From: a virus
Lineage: Duplodnaviria; Heunggongvirae; Uroviricota; Caudoviricetes
Length of the DNA: 17,352 nucleotides
IMG/VR virus record: IMGVR_UViG_2728369554_000022
Coordinates: 1 to 17,352 of that record
Strand: one strand, 5' to 3'
In this document: positions 17,011 to 17,352 of the stretch, one piece after another
Position numbering within the stretch: position 1 is the stretch's first letter
How the letters are laid out: each line of letters opens with the position of its first letter
Notes under the pieces: model-generated
What the model was told of the DNA's origin: nothing
Databases searched by the model: none
The model's input: the letters and a program-made list of their open reading frames with translations, nothing else
Made by a program: the position numbers and the translations under genes

Positions 17011-17352
17011 TTAACAGAGTTTTTCAGCTCGCTCTATAAACGGTGCCAGACTCATTTTTTCGCCGGGATTGTTAGGATCATCAATCTGAATCACCGAAAT
17101 GGGTTGGGCTTTAGTCTTCCCACTGGCAACTTCCTTTTGTGCGATATCGTTTAAAGGATACTGCACGAGGGTACTTGGGTTAATGACATACAAAGCATTA
17201 CCCGGTCGGCAAGTCAACATCACCTCTTCGCGATTAAACGCCCATTTGTCTTTACCCACTTCAAAACGGCTGACGGTAATCACCTGCGGTGCCGCCAGCG
17301 CAGCTGCAGAACTGGTGAGTAACAGAAACGCCAGAATACTTTTTCTCATCAT
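17011..17352 (-). CDS. yebY: YebY-like secreted protein (DUF2511-like), 113 aa; start codon at window edge
   Basis: Signal peptide [20 protein letters not shown]; adjacency to the sdsR/ryeA locus matches recalled pphA-ryeA/ryeB-yebY arrangement. Confidence 0.5.
   Translation of the reverse strand: MMRKSILAFLLLTSSAAALAAPQVITVSRFEVGKDKWAFNREEVMLTCRPGNALYVINPSTLVQYPLNDIAQKEVASGKTKAQPISVIQIDDPNNPGEKMSLAPFIERAEKLC

Overview
The window is the integrase-proximal ~16.7 kb of a Rac-like lambdoid prophage (1 to ~16740) plus ~0.6 kb of host DNA at the right edge. All calls rest on reading the sequence and on recollection of protein families; no database search was run. Right to left, the minus strand carries a late-control and lysis-leader segment (holin-like membrane protein, two phage tRNAs Gly-UCC and Thr-UGU, a Q82-type antiterminator candidate), nin-region genes, an intact hok-type toxin locus, four uncharacterised accessory genes, a replication module (DnaC-like loader plus initiator-like protein) and a YdaS/YdaT pair. 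The plus strand carries a RacR-like repressor, ydaG/ydaF-like small genes, a DicF-like sRNA candidate, kilR, ydaE, racC, recE, recT, ralR(lar), ydaC, xis and a lambda-family integrase. The host flank holds the SdsR(RyeB)/RyeA sRNA locus and a yebY-like gene. I found no CRISPR array, IS element or rRNA, and no single clearly novel multi-gene system. The best leads are three dispersed 19-bp palindromes in and upstream of the initiator gene, the DicF-like sRNA upstream of kilR, a strongly acidic 103-aa protein inside an uncharacterised four-gene cassette, and the prophage junction lying within the RyeA promoter region.
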